The notes under the pieces: generated by a model
What the model was told of the DNA's origin: nothing
The model's database searches: none
What the model saw: only the letters and a program-made list of their open reading frames with translations
In this document: positions 18,462 to 27,962 of the stretch, piece by piece
Layout of the letters: each line of letters opens with the position of its first letter
Numbering within the stretch: position 1 is the stretch's first letter
Translations under genes and position numbers: made by a program
Assembly: GCA_963678065.2 (NCBI GenBank)
Contig: CAXXVZ010000004.1
Coordinates: 448,001-512,000, forward strand
Reading direction: 5' to 3'
DNA: 64,000 nucleotides
Origin: Treponemataceae bacterium
GTDB lineage: Bacteria; Spirochaetota; Spirochaetia; Treponematales; Rectinemataceae

Positions 18462-19793
18462 TCAATAGGCCATGCCCGCGATGATGTCGCGGTAGAAGTA
18501 AAAGCTGTCCTTCGGAATCCGCTTCAGGCTCATGTAATCGCAGTACACGATCCCGAAGCGCCGGGCGTATCCCCAGGACCACTCGAAATTGTCGATGAAG
18601 GACCAGAGAAAATAGCCTTTGAGGGGAACTCCTTCGGCAACAGCCCGTTCGCAGGCCTCGAAATGCCCCCTCAGGTACTCGATCCGCTCCGGATCGTGGA
18701 CGCGGCCATCCGCGGGGTCCACGCTGTCGTCCCGGGCGCAGCCATTTTCGGTGACGTAGAGAGGAAGGCCAGGCGCTTCGTCCGAGAGCCAGCAGAGGAG
18801 GCGGCAGAGCCCGCCCGGAACGACAGGCCAGCCCATCCGGGTGACCGGCTGCCACTGCGGCATCCGGCGGATGCCATCCGGGGAGGCGGCATCGTGGGCC
18901 ACGACATTCTCGAAATAGTAGTTGAGGCCCGCGAAATCTATCTTCGAGGCGATGATCTCCATATCGCCCGGCTCTATGGGGAGTTTCATTCCCATCGAGG
19001 AGACGAAACGTTCGGGGTAACCCTTCCCGAGAACGGGGCCTGTGAACATGCGGGAATCGCGGTCCGTGACCCACTCCGCCGCCCGGATATCCTCGGGTTT
19101 CGCCGAGGCGGGCCTCGGACGGGAGAGATTCCAGACGATGCCGATTTCGCCTCGCAGTCCGGATTCGCGGAAGGCGCGGGTGGCGAGACCGTGCGCGAGG
19201 TTGAGGTGGTGGGTGGCCCGGGCATTGTCCCCGAGATCCTTCCGTCCTGGGGCGTGGATGCCTGTCATGTAGCCGAGATAGGCCGAGCACCAGGGTTCGT
19301 TGAGAGTGACCCACTTTTCGATCCTGTCCCCGAACTCGCGGAAACAGACCTCGGCGTATTTCGCGAAGGCGTAGGCGGTCTTTCTGTTCGTCCAGCCGCC
19401 CGAGTCCTCGAGAACCTGGGGAAGGTCCCAGTGGTAGAGCGTCGCGAAGGCTTTGAGCCCTCGTTCCTCCATGGCGTCGAGGAGCCGCTTGTAGAAATCG
19501 ACGCCGGCGCGGTTCACGCTCCCCGAGCCTTCTGGGATGATGCGGGGCCAGGCGATGGAGAAACGGTATGCCCTGACGCCGAGTTCCTTCATGAGGTCGA
19601 GATCTTCGATGTAGCGGTGGTAGTGGTCGACAGCGACATCGCCATTGTTGCCCGCGTAGACCGCCCCCGGTTTCCTCGCGAAGCTGTCCCAGATGCTTTC
19701 GGATCGGCCTCCCTCGCGGGTGGCGCCCTCGATCTGATAAGAGGCCGTGGCGACTCCCCAGGTAAAATCAGCCGGCAGTGTAAGCCTGTTCAT
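18462..19793 (-). CDS. Beta-glucosidase, glycoside hydrolase family 1
   Basis: FTWGVATASYQIEG, TLNEP, VTENG, DNFEW; start MNRLTLP at 19793 with AGGAGG RBS and ATGA overlap. Confidence 0.96.
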   Translation of the reverse strand: MNRLTLPADFTWGVATASYQIEGATREGGRSESIWDSFARKPGAVYAGNNGDVAVDHYHRYIEDLDLMKELGVRAYRFSIAWPRIIPEGSGSVNRAGVDFYKRLLDAMEERGLKAFATLYHWDLPQVLEDSGGWTNRKTAYAFAKYAEVCFREFGDRIEKWVTLNEPWCSAYLGYMTGIHAPGRKDLGDNARATHHLNLAHGLATRAFRESGLRGEIGIVWNLSRPRPASAKPEDIRAAEWVTDRDSRMFTGPVLGKGYPERFVSSMGMKLPIEPGDMEIIASKIDFAGLNYYFENVVAHDAASPDGIRRMPQWQPVTRMGWPVVPGGLCRLLCWLSDEAPGLPLYVTENGCARDDSVDPADGRVHDPERIEYLRGHFEACERAVAEGVPLKGYFLWSFIDNFEWSWGYARRFGIVYCDYMSLKRIPKDSFYFYRDIIAGMAY

Positions 19794-20839
19794 GATTCCA
19801 ATCCTCCTACAGTGCAGATTTTGCGGCAGGAGCCGCGCATGATGAAGGTGGCCGGGACGGTTATCCGTTCCGGGACGGTTTTTCCGGAAATTCTGTCGAG
19901 AAGCAGAGCGGCGGAGAGCGCGCCGATCGCGGCCCTGTCCTGCCTGAAGGTCGATATGGAAGGGCGTTCGATCGCCGTCCACTCGGAATCGTCGAAGCCG
20001 ATGACCGAAAGATCATCCGGTATCCCGATTCCGAGTTCGCGGCAGGCGCGCATCGCGCCGAAGACGAGGATGTCGGCAGCGACAAAGATGGCTGTCGGCA
20101 TCGCCCCTCTCTCCTTGCTCCCGGTCAGAAGCGCGATCATGGCTTCGTAGCCTGCGTGCATGCTCCACTGCCTTGCCTCGACGACCAGACCCGGATCGAA
20201 GTCGAGCCCGCAGGAGGCAAGTCCGCGCCTGTACCCCTCGAGCCGTTCGGAGCCGGCCGTGGCGAAGGCATCCTGGGGGCCGGCGATGTGGGCTATCCGC
20301 CTGTGGCCGAGGGAGTAAAGGCTCCGGACGGCTTCGGCCGCGGAGGCTTGGTTTTCCGAGGTGACCGAGGGCACCCCGGGCAGGATGATGTTCGAGGAGA
20401 CACATGGTATGCCCGATCCGGCGAGTTCCTGCACCCCGGGCTCATGCCCATCCGCGTCCAGGATGAGGACTCCGTCGAGGGCGCGGTAGCGGCAATGCCC
20501 GAGGAGGCTCATCCTGCGGCCACCCAGATTCCGGGCGAGAAACAGGATTTCGTGTCCCGAGGCTTCCATCCCCGAGCGGAAGGCGTCCAGAATGCCGGGG
20601 AAAAGCGGATGCTCGAGTCCTGCATCGAGTCCGCCCTCCTCGAAGAGTACGCCGACGAGCCAGGATTTTCGGGTCTTGAGGCTCTTTGCGCTCTGGTTCG
20701 GGATATAGCCGAGTTCGGAGGCGGCGCGCAGTATCTCTGCTGTGGCCGTCTTTCCGATATCCGGGTGCCCGTTCAGGGCTTTCGAGACAGTAGGCGCCGA
20801 GTAGCCTGTCTGCCGGGCAATATCGTATATCGTTGACAT
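19790..20839 (-). CDS. LacI-family transcriptional regulator
   Basis: MSTIYDIARQTGYSAPTVSKALN, YIPNQSAKSL, IPDDLSVIGFDD. Confidence 0.95.
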   Translation of the reverse strand: MSTIYDIARQTGYSAPTVSKALNGHPDIGKTATAEILRAASELGYIPNQSAKSLKTRKSWLVGVLFEEGGLDAGLEHPLFPGILDAFRSGMEASGHEILFLARNLGGRRMSLLGHCRYRALDGVLILDADGHEPGVQELAGSGIPCVSSNIILPGVPSVTSENQASAAEAVRSLYSLGHRRIAHIAGPQDAFATAGSERLEGYRRGLASCGLDFDPGLVVEARQWSMHAGYEAMIALLTGSKERGAMPTAIFVAADILVFGAMRACRELGIGIPDDLSVIGFDDSEWTAIERPSISTFRQDRAAIGALSAALLLDRISGKTVPERITVPATFIMRGSCRKICTVGGLES

Positions 20840-20848
20840 CAGGTTTTC

Positions 20849-20905
20849 GCAATCGATTGCGCAATCGATTGCTTCGACTATATACCGACTCAAGGCGGGT
20901 GGCAA
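20849..20905 (-). promoter_or_regulatory. Promoter of lacI-bgl operon with tandem LacI-type operators
   Basis: Minus-strand TTGCCA (20900-20905), 17 bp, TATAGT (20877-20882); two abutting perfect GCAATCGATTGC palindromes at 20849-20860 and 20861-20872. Confidence 0.75.
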
Positions 20906-20952
20906 TAGGCGGTATTGCTCTTTGCGCTCTGCTCGGGGCACAATCCTTGCCG

Positions 20953-23469
20953 ATGATCGGCCATCTACCCCCAGCATCGGAACTACCCGACCTTCCCGTC
21001 CGGGCTTTCCTGCCCCGCATAGCTTCGCTCCTGGCAGAGCAAGGCAGGCTCGTGCTGCAGGCTGAGCCTGGGGCCGGCAAGACGAGCCTTGTCCCTCTTC
21101 ACCTCGCCGCACATCCCGGGTTTGAAGGCAGGATCATCGTTCTGGAGCCGCGGAGAATGGCCGCTGTCGCGGCGGCGCGCCGGGCCGCCGATCTCTGGGG
21201 CTGCGCCTTGGGCGCCAAGGTCGGCTACCGGGTCAAAGGCGACTCGCGGGCGGGAAGGGACACGCGCGTCGAATTCATGACGCACGGTGTATTTCTCCGG
21301 ATACTCCAGGCCGATCCGGGCCTCTCCTCAGTCGGCCTCGTCGTATTCGACGAGTTCCACGAACGGAGCTGGCAGAACGATCTCTGCCTCGCCCTCTGCA
21401 GGGATCTCCTCAGTCTGCGGGACGACCTCAGACTGCTCGTCATGTCCGCGACCCTCGATGCGGCCGCCTGCGAAACCCTGCTCGACGCCCCATCGCTGTC
21501 CGTGCCGGGAATCGTCCATCCGGTCGAAACACGCTATCGGCCCATTCCTGCCGGCCAGGAACCCTGGTCCGCGGCGGCCAGGGAAGCCATTGCGCTCGCA
21601 GGAGAATGCGGCGGCGACGTTCTCGTATTTCTCCCGGGCATGGCACAGATCGAGGAGGTCGCGGGGATGATCGCCCGCGCGGCCTCCGGTCTCTCGGTCT
21701 GCCGCCTCCACTCTTCCGTACCCCTGCAGGTGCAGATGCAGGTCCTCGAGCCACCGCCCGATTCGCCGCGACGGATCATTCTCGCCACGAGCATCGCCGA
21801 GACGAGCCTGACCGTCCCGCGCGTGCGCGCCGTCGTCGATGCGGGGCTCGTGAGGGCGAACCGCTTCCACCAGAGAAGCGGCCTCAATCACCTTGTGACT
21901 GAAACCGAGGCAGCAGACCGGGCCGACCAGCGACGGGGCCGGGCCGGACGCATAGCTCCGGGGATCTGTGTCCGACTCTGGGCGGAGCGGGATAGTCTGC
22001 CCGAAAGGACAGTCCCCGAACTATTCCGATCGGAACTCTCTTCCGCCCTCCTTGAATCGACCCTCTGGGGCGCTTTGCGGCGTGAAGACCTTCCCTGGAT
22101 GGATCTCCCGCCCGAAGCCGCGTGGAACGCCGCGCACGAACTGCTTTCCATGCTCGGCGCCCTCGACGCCGATGGCAGGATCAGCGCCAAGGGACGGAAG
22201 ATGGCCCGTTTCGGTATCGAACCACGGCTCGCGGCCATGATCATGGAAGGCGTGGACTCAGGCGAGAGTGGGCGGGCGTGTTTCCTGGCAGCCTTCCTGG
22301 ACGGACAGACATCCTCGGCGGAGGCGGAGAGCGACATCGAGCGCCGCATCCAATCCCTCGACCCGGCCTTTCTCGGAAGGATCGGACAGGAGGCATGCCG
22401 CCTGGAGCGTCTGACGCTTCCGACGGCTGGAAGGCCCGGCGCGGTCAAGACTGCCTCGGTCAGGGATGCATCGACCAAGGCTGCCTCGCCGGGCGGAATA
22501 CTGGCCGCCGGTTTCCCGGACAGAGTCGCCCGCAAAGTCTCCGCCGAAGGCACCCGCGGCCTTTTCCAGCTCGCGACGGGAAGACTGCTGCGCGTCAAAG
22601 GCGAACTGGCACAAAGCGACTGGATCGTCGCCGCCGAGGCAGATGCCGGAATGGGACCGCTGCCCGGCACACTCTATGTCGGCGCCCGCCTTTCAGGGGA
22701 AGCGGCCCTCGCGATCCTCGCGCCCCTGACGAAAGAGACTCTGGAGCTCGAATGGTCGGGAGTGGCGTTCAGGGTACGAAAAAGAAGACGAGTGCAGTCC
22801 ATCATCCTCTCGGATACGCCTGAGGGGAGAGCCGATCCCGACCTCGTCGCCGGATCCTTCGCCCGCCACCTCGCCGCCGAAGGCCTCGCCGTCCTTCCGT
22901 GGAACGAAAACTGCGTGAAGCTTCTCGGACGGATTCGCGCCTTCTGGTCGCTGCGAATCGTGGATGCCTCGCCTTCCACCCCGGTATCCACGGCCTACCC
23001 CGACGATGCTGTCCTCGCGGCCACGGCCGGAACCTGGTTACTGCCCTGGATCGACGCCTCCGGCAACCCTGTGCTCGGGCCGGAAGCCCTGGCACGGGCC
23101 CTCGAGAACCTCGTCCCGGATCAGTACCGCCGGGCCTTCCGCGACGAAGCGCCCGCTTCGCTCATGCTTCCGGCCGGAATCCGGCGCAGCCTCGAGTACC
23201 GCTCCGACGGATCGGTGCTGCTCGAAGCGAGGATACACGAGTTCTTCGGCATGAAAACCCATCCTATCGTCCTCGGTAAACCCGTCGTGGCCTGCCTGCT
23301 TTCTCCCGCTGGCCGGCCCGTCCACATCACCACCGATATACCGGGGTTCTGGCGCGGCGCCTGGAGCGAGCTCAGGAAGGAACTCCGGGGAAGGTATCCC
23401 AAACACGACTGGCCGGAGGATCCTTCCACGGTCGGGCCAAGGCTTCGCTCGGTCAAACCCCGAAGCTGA
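20953..23469 (+). CDS. hrpB: ATP-dependent RNA helicase HrpB
   Basis: AEPGAGKT, DEFHER, MSAT, ATSIAETSLT, QRRGRAGR, C-terminal RGRYPKHDWPEDP; start approximate. Confidence 0.94.
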   Translation: MIGHLPPASELPDLPVRAFLPRIASLLAEQGRLVLQAEPGAGKTSLVPLHLAAHPGFEGRIIVLEPRRMAAVAAARRAADLWGCALGAKVGYRVKGDSRAGRDTRVEFMTHGVFLRILQADPGLSSVGLVVFDEFHERSWQNDLCLALCRDLLSLRDDLRLLVMSATLDAAACETLLDAPSLSVPGIVHPVETRYRPIPAGQEPWSAAAREAIALAGECGGDVLVFLPGMAQIEEVAGMIARAASGLSVCRLHSSVPLQVQMQVLEPPPDSPRRIILATSIAETSLTVPRVRAVVDAGLVRANRFHQRSGLNHLVTETEAADRADQRRGRAGRIAPGICVRLWAERDSLPERTVPELFRSELSSALLESTLWGALRREDLPWMDLPPEAAWNAAHELLSMLGALDADGRISAKGRKMARFGIEPRLAAMIMEGVDSGESGRACFLAAFLDGQTSSAEAESDIERRIQSLDPAFLGRIGQEACRLERLTLPTAGRPGAVKTASVRDASTKAASPGGILAAGFPDRVARKVSAEGTRGLFQLATGRLLRVKGELAQSDWIVAAEADAGMGPLPGTLYVGARLSGEAALAILAPLTKETLELEWSGVAFRVRKRRRVQSIILSDTPEGRADPDLVAGSFARHLAAEGLAVLPWNENCVKLLGRIRAFWSLRIVDASPSTPVSTAYPDDAVLAATAGTWLLPWIDASGNPVLGPEALARALENLVPDQYRRAFRDEAPASLMLPAGIRRSLEYRSDGSVLLEARIHEFFGMKTHPIVLGKPVVACLLSPAGRPVHITTDIPGFWRGAWSELRKELRGRYPKHDWPEDPSTVGPRLRSVKPRS

Positions 23470-23574
23470 AGGCAGCCCGATCTCGGTGGTCCGCGAAAGC
23501 GCGGCGGCGCCTCAGGCGAGTCTCTCCCGGGGGGGCATATACGGACATGCCTCTCCTTCAGTATCTTTGCCGGA

Positions 23575-24657
23575 ATGGATTTTCTGCGCGACAGAATCCG
23601 GGCTGCCGGTCTCGGGTTTTACGAAACCGGCATGACCGCCCTCGATGCGTATTTCGGATTGAAAAATCCCGACATCTCCTTCCTGCTCGTGGAGGGAGGC
23701 ATCGTGAACCTCGCGCGCCTGGCCGACAACCTGCGCTTTCCGGGCCTGCCCTACGCGGACGCCTCCGTCCCGGAGGGCAACTCACTCATCTACATCACCT
23801 GCGCCGAATCGCTCCGGGAAGCGGAGCGCCACGCATTCACGCGGCTCGACATCTTCAGGGACCCGGTCAGCCGCAGATACCACGACCCCTACGGCGTCTA
23901 CCCTTCCCTCAGGACGCAACAGCTCGAAGCGCGCCCGGCAAGCCCGGAGCAGGCCTTGTTCGAGGCCGCCGTCCTCGTGTCGAGACAGGAATGTGTCCTC
24001 CCGGAAGGCTATTGTCCACCCTCTCCGGCCTCGGTCCAGCCCGCCTGGCAGAGAGACCTTCTGCAGCTCATTCTGACAGGGAACCATCCGGAGAGAGGCC
24101 TCGAGCTCCTGAAATCGTCGGGATTCATCGAGGCCCACTGGCCCGACCTCGCCCGCCTCTCCGATGTCGACCACGCGAAGGATATGCACCCCGAGGGGGA
24201 CGGCTGGGCGCACACGCTCGAAACGATGCGTTACCGGAAACTCCCCGACCTGAGGCTCTCCCTGGCCCTCCTCCTCCACGACACGGGCAAAGCGCGCGCC
24301 TCGAACGTGGAAGGGAGAAAATTCGACAGGCACGCCGAGATCGGAGCCGGCATGGCGCGGCGCTTTCTCACGCGGCTCGGCTTCGAACCCGCCCTCGTCG
24401 ATGACGTGGCCTTCCTCATCCGCTACCACATGATGCCGGCCGCCCTGCCCCGCCTTCCCCTCAACCGGGTCGACGGCATCATCGACGATCCCAGGTTCCC
24501 GATGCTCCTCGAGCTCTACAAGTGCGACGAACTATCCTGCTTCAGGGGGCCTGAAGGCTACTACGAAGCCTGCGCGGCCTACAGGACCTACCTCAGGAAT
24601 GTCAAAAATCCCTACCGGGAGGCCGACGGCAGGCTCCTCGCGAAAACTTTCCTCTGA
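23575..24657 (+). CDS. HD-domain protein with degenerate class II nucleotidyltransferase (CCA/PAP-like) scaffold
   Basis: HPEGDGWAHT, LLLHDTGK, HAEIGA, YHM match the HD domain of long CCA enzymes; head-domain catalytic motifs are eroded. Confidence 0.7.
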   Translation: MDFLRDRIRAAGLGFYETGMTALDAYFGLKNPDISFLLVEGGIVNLARLADNLRFPGLPYADASVPEGNSLIYITCAESLREAERHAFTRLDIFRDPVSRRYHDPYGVYPSLRTQQLEARPASPEQALFEAAVLVSRQECVLPEGYCPPSPASVQPAWQRDLLQLILTGNHPERGLELLKSSGFIEAHWPDLARLSDVDHAKDMHPEGDGWAHTLETMRYRKLPDLRLSLALLLHDTGKARASNVEGRKFDRHAEIGAGMARRFLTRLGFEPALVDDVAFLIRYHMMPAALPRLPLNRVDGIIDDPRFPMLLELYKCDELSCFRGPEGYYEACAAYRTYLRNVKNPYREADGRLLAKTFL

Positions 24658-24679
24658 GAGCCTCTCATCCCGATCGCGC

Positions 24680-24718
24680 CGCCGTACCCGTCACTGCGCC
24701 GTACCCGCCACTGCGCCG
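24680..24718. repeat. 17-bp tandem repeat, about 2.3 copies
   Basis: CGCCGTACCCGTCACTG, CGCCGTACCCGCCACTG, CGCCG between convergent genes. Confidence 0.8.
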
Positions 24719-24768
24719 ATCCAGGTCGACGAGGGCCCCATCGCGGCCGGCCTCCAGCCGGGGCGCAT

Positions 24769-24794
24769 AAAAAAGGGACCCGATCGGGTCCCTT
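24769..24794 (-). terminator. Intrinsic terminator of the HD-GYP gene
   Basis: GGGACCC-GATC-GGGTCCC hairpin with A6 on the left (U-tract on minus strand). Confidence 0.8.
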
Positions 24795-24801
24795 CCACGC
24801 T

Positions 24802-26055
24802 TCAGGCCTTCTTCAGCTCGTATACATCGCGGGGTCTCATCTCGAAGGGGGAGTACTGGCACTTGAGAACCCATTTGGGAAGCTTGTACTCGCCGAATTC
24901 CTTGTACGAGAGAGCGAGGATCTCAACTATCTCCTGGTCGAGGGCGATGGAGCGGAGGTGTTCGAAGGCGTCATCTATCGGCATGGGAGAGCGGTAGGGC
25001 CTTTCGCCGACCAGGGCGTCGAAGACATCGGCCACCGCGATGATGCGGGACTCGAGGGGTATGGCGGTTCCCCATATACCTTCCGGATATCCGGAGCCGT
25101 CCATCCGCTCGTGGTGATACAGGGCGAAAACGCCGAGATGGGAGAGCTCGCGGAAATTGTTCAGAATCTTGGCGGAACTCAAGGGGTGTCCCTGCACGAT
25201 GGCGTACTCCTGGGGAGTGAGGGCACCGTTCTTGATGAGGATCTCGAGAGGAATGGAGAGCTTTCCGATATCGTGCAGGAGGGCGGCGATGTAGAGATCG
25301 CGCAGTCTGCGCCCCTTCATGCCCATCTGCATGCCGATGAAGGCGGCAAGGGCGGCGACGCGGCGGGAGTGGTTGGAGGAGAACCGCTCCGACTGCTCGA
25401 ACAGAAAGATGATCGATTCGAGCCCCCGGGATTCGTAGAAGAAGCTCGATCTGCGCCGCACCCAGAAATAGGTGGGAAGAAAGGCCAGTATGGAGGCGAA
25501 TACCGCAAGCGCAAAATCCTGGAAGCTGAGGACGAAGTTCTTGAAGTCGGCCTTGAGGTTGAATGTGAAGGGTCTGCCTCCCGTTCTCGCGATCTGGAGG
25601 TCTCCCGAGCTCTGGAGATTGGCGAGCACCTTGCGGGCGTCCAGTTTGACGACTCCGTGGTACTGGGTCAGGGCGTTGGTCTGCTCGCCGTCCTGGATCG
25701 GGAACTGCACAATGAGATCCCGGCCATCGCTCTCGACAGTGTAATTCGCGGAGTCGGGGGGCGAACCCCGCTCTATGTCGGCGGCGAGGACGAAGGGATA
25801 GTTCCCTTCGATTTCGTCCATGGCGCTGCGGCCCGCGGCCGCGCCCCTGTTGTCCACGAGATCGCGCAAATCGGTCCAGACGAAGAAACCGTCCCGGATT
25901 CCGGTCAGCTCGAGCCGGACAACTGTCTCAAAGCTGTTTTTCGCGGCGTTGAACATGTTTTCACGTTCACTTGTCCGCGCCACGATGAGGAGGGCAATCG
26001 TTCCGAAAAGCGTGATGACAAGAACCAGAATGGAAACCAGTAAATTACGTTTCAT
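24802..26055 (-). CDS. Membrane-anchored HD-GYP cyclic-dinucleotide phosphodiesterase
   Basis: Two TM helices flanking a periplasmic domain; HSRRV, LHDIGK, HHERMDGSGYP, VADVFDAL, RPYR. Confidence 0.9.
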   Translation of the reverse strand: MKRNLLVSILVLVITLFGTIALLIVARTSERENMFNAAKNSFETVVRLELTGIRDGFFVWTDLRDLVDNRGAAAGRSAMDEIEGNYPFVLAADIERGSPPDSANYTVESDGRDLIVQFPIQDGEQTNALTQYHGVVKLDARKVLANLQSSGDLQIARTGGRPFTFNLKADFKNFVLSFQDFALAVFASILAFLPTYFWVRRRSSFFYESRGLESIIFLFEQSERFSSNHSRRVAALAAFIGMQMGMKGRRLRDLYIAALLHDIGKLSIPLEILIKNGALTPQEYAIVQGHPLSSAKILNNFRELSHLGVFALYHHERMDGSGYPEGIWGTAIPLESRIIAVADVFDALVGERPYRSPMPIDDAFEHLRSIALDQEIVEILALSYKEFGEYKLPKWVLKCQYSPFEMRPRDVYELKKA

Positions 26056-26167
26056 AATGTCTATATTCTAATCTCCTTCCTCCAGGTTATCAAGTCAAAA
26101 CACGTAGTAGTCCTTCATTTTTGGCTCGCAGGCCCCAAAGCCCTCCGACGAGAAGAGGAAAACGCTG

Positions 26168-26196
26168 TTGACGGTCCTGCCGACCGGCTCTAGTAT
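26168..26196 (+). promoter_or_regulatory. Sigma70 promoter of pepP (leaderless)
   Basis: TTGACG, 17 bp, TAGTAT, 6 nt, ATG 26203; no SD. Confidence 0.65.
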
Positions 26197-26202
26197 GGTT
26201 TT

Positions 26203-27636
26203 ATGTTCCCGAAAGAAACGTACAGGGCGAGACGATCCGCTCTCCGCACACTCCTTTGCGCCTCGGGCGGCAGCTACGGTGGCCCCGACAGCGGCTCCGA
26301 TGGCCTCGTATTCCTCCCCGGAAACGGCGACAGCCCGCGCAACTACCGGGACAACGCCTATCCGTTCAGGCAGGACTCGACATTTCTCTACCTCTTCGGC
26401 CTCTCGGTGCAGGGCTTGGACGCCCTCGTCGATCTTGCGAGCGGCGAGGTCACGCTCTACGGCGACGACGCGCGGATGGACGACATCATCTGGACCGGCC
26501 CCCTCCCGACTGTGGCGGAAATGAGAGATATGGCCGGAGCGGAGCGCTCGGCCTCCGCAGCTTTGCTCGCGAGGGATCTCGCGGCCGCGCGCGCGGCGGG
26601 CAGGACGGTACACTTTCTGCCACCGTACAGCGACGCAGTCCGCCTCAGACTGTCGGCACTTCTCTGCCTTGTCCCTGAGGAGCTTGACGGTTTTGCGTCC
26701 CTGCCCCTCATAAGGGCCATGATCGCGCTGCGGGAAATCAAGGAAACCGCTGAAATAGCGGAATTGGAAAAAGCTGCGGGCGTCTCCGTCCGCATGCACT
26801 CCGCCGCGCTGAGAGGCGCGCGCGCCGGTATGTCCGAAGCGCGCGTCGCGGCACTTGCCACGGAAGAGGCCCTTTCCGGAGGTGGGGATCTCTCTTTTCC
26901 GATCATCGCGACGACACACGGAGAAGTTCTCCACAACCACGGTCGCGCAGGCACGCTGAAAGCGGGCGGGACCCTCCTCCTGGATGCGGGCGCCGAAAGC
27001 CCTGAAGGGTACGCGGGGGACCTCACGACGACCTTTCCGATCGGGCCCCGCTTCTCCGACCGGCAGCGGGACATCTACTCCCTCTTGCTCTCTGTCTTCG
27101 CGACCGCGACTTCACTCCTCGCTCCGGGAATGCTCATGCGGGAAGTCCACAAGGCCGCCTCGAAGACTCTCGCAGAGGGCCTCGTCTCTCTCGGCATCAT
27201 GAAAGGAGATCCGGTCGAGGCTGTCGAACAGGGCGCCCACGCCCTGTTCTTTCCCCACGGACTCAGCCACATGATCGGACTCGACGTGCACGATATGGAG
27301 AACTACGGCGAGGACCTCGTCGGCTATGACGACGATACGGGCCCGCGCCCCGCACAGTTCGGCCTCAGCTCTCTCAGACTGGCCAAACGCCTCAAATCCG
27401 GAATGGTCCACTCCGTGGAGCCGGGCATCTATTTCATCCCCGGTCTCATCGGCCTCTGGAAAAGCGAAAGGCGCCACGAATCCTTCATCGCCTACGGCAG
27501 GCTCGAAGACTGGCTCGGAGTCGGCGGCATGCGCAACGAGGAAGACTGGCTCATCACGGACTCAGGCGCCCGGCGTCTGGGCCCATCATTCGACAAAAGC
27601 CTCGCGGCCATCGAGGCCGCACGGAGCGGTATATGA
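26203..27636 (+). CDS. pepP: Xaa-Pro aminopeptidase (M24B)
   Basis: YPFRQDSTFLY, LDAG..GYAGDLT, HGLSHMIGLDVHD, VEPGIYF, RNEED. Confidence 0.92.
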   Translation: MFPKETYRARRSALRTLLCASGGSYGGPDSGSDGLVFLPGNGDSPRNYRDNAYPFRQDSTFLYLFGLSVQGLDALVDLASGEVTLYGDDARMDDIIWTGPLPTVAEMRDMAGAERSASAALLARDLAAARAAGRTVHFLPPYSDAVRLRLSALLCLVPEELDGFASLPLIRAMIALREIKETAEIAELEKAAGVSVRMHSAALRGARAGMSEARVAALATEEALSGGGDLSFPIIATTHGEVLHNHGRAGTLKAGGTLLLDAGAESPEGYAGDLTTTFPIGPRFSDRQRDIYSLLLSVFATATSLLAPGMLMREVHKAASKTLAEGLVSLGIMKGDPVEAVEQGAHALFFPHGLSHMIGLDVHDMENYGEDLVGYDDDTGPRPAQFGLSSLRLAKRLKSGMVHSVEPGIYFIPGLIGLWKSERRHESFIAYGRLEDWLGVGGMRNEEDWLITDSGARRLGPSFDKSLAAIEAARSGI

Positions 27637-27866
27637 AAACAGTGTTCGCGTCGACCTTCCAGGATGACGCCGTCGTCGTGAAGAGCCTCCTCGAATCAGC
27701 CGGCATCGAGGCCGAAATTCTTGTGGACGGCATGTTCGACATCAATCCCCTCTTCGTCATGGACATGAAAGGCGCACAGGTCCTCGTCGCGGACGCACAG
27801 GCCGAGGATGCCCTGTCCATCGTCGAAGATTTCCGGAAAAACAAGAGTCAGAGTCATGCGGACTGA
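27633..27866 (+). CDS. Small PII-like putative signal-transducing protein (DUF2007-like)
   Basis: VVKSLLESAGI...VLV...AEDA pattern; ATGA overlap with pepP. Confidence 0.7.
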   Translation: MKTVFASTFQDDAVVVKSLLESAGIEAEILVDGMFDINPLFVMDMKGAQVLVADAQAEDALSIVEDFRKNKSQSHAD

Positions 27867-27962
27867 GGTAGCGCCCGCAGAATGCGGATCACTCGCTATA
27901 AGCGAGTAAATCACACTCTTGGAGCGAATTGCTTTTAATTTCAGGGGCCATACCATGGCCCT

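Noticed and set aside
17268..20150. 960-aa plus-strand ORF
   Set aside because: Antisense shadow of the GH1, LacI and nuclease-like genes; no motifs; expected in high-GC DNA
24680..24718. Possible CRISPR array
   Set aside because: Repeats are adjacent with no spacers, only about 2 copies, and no cas genes
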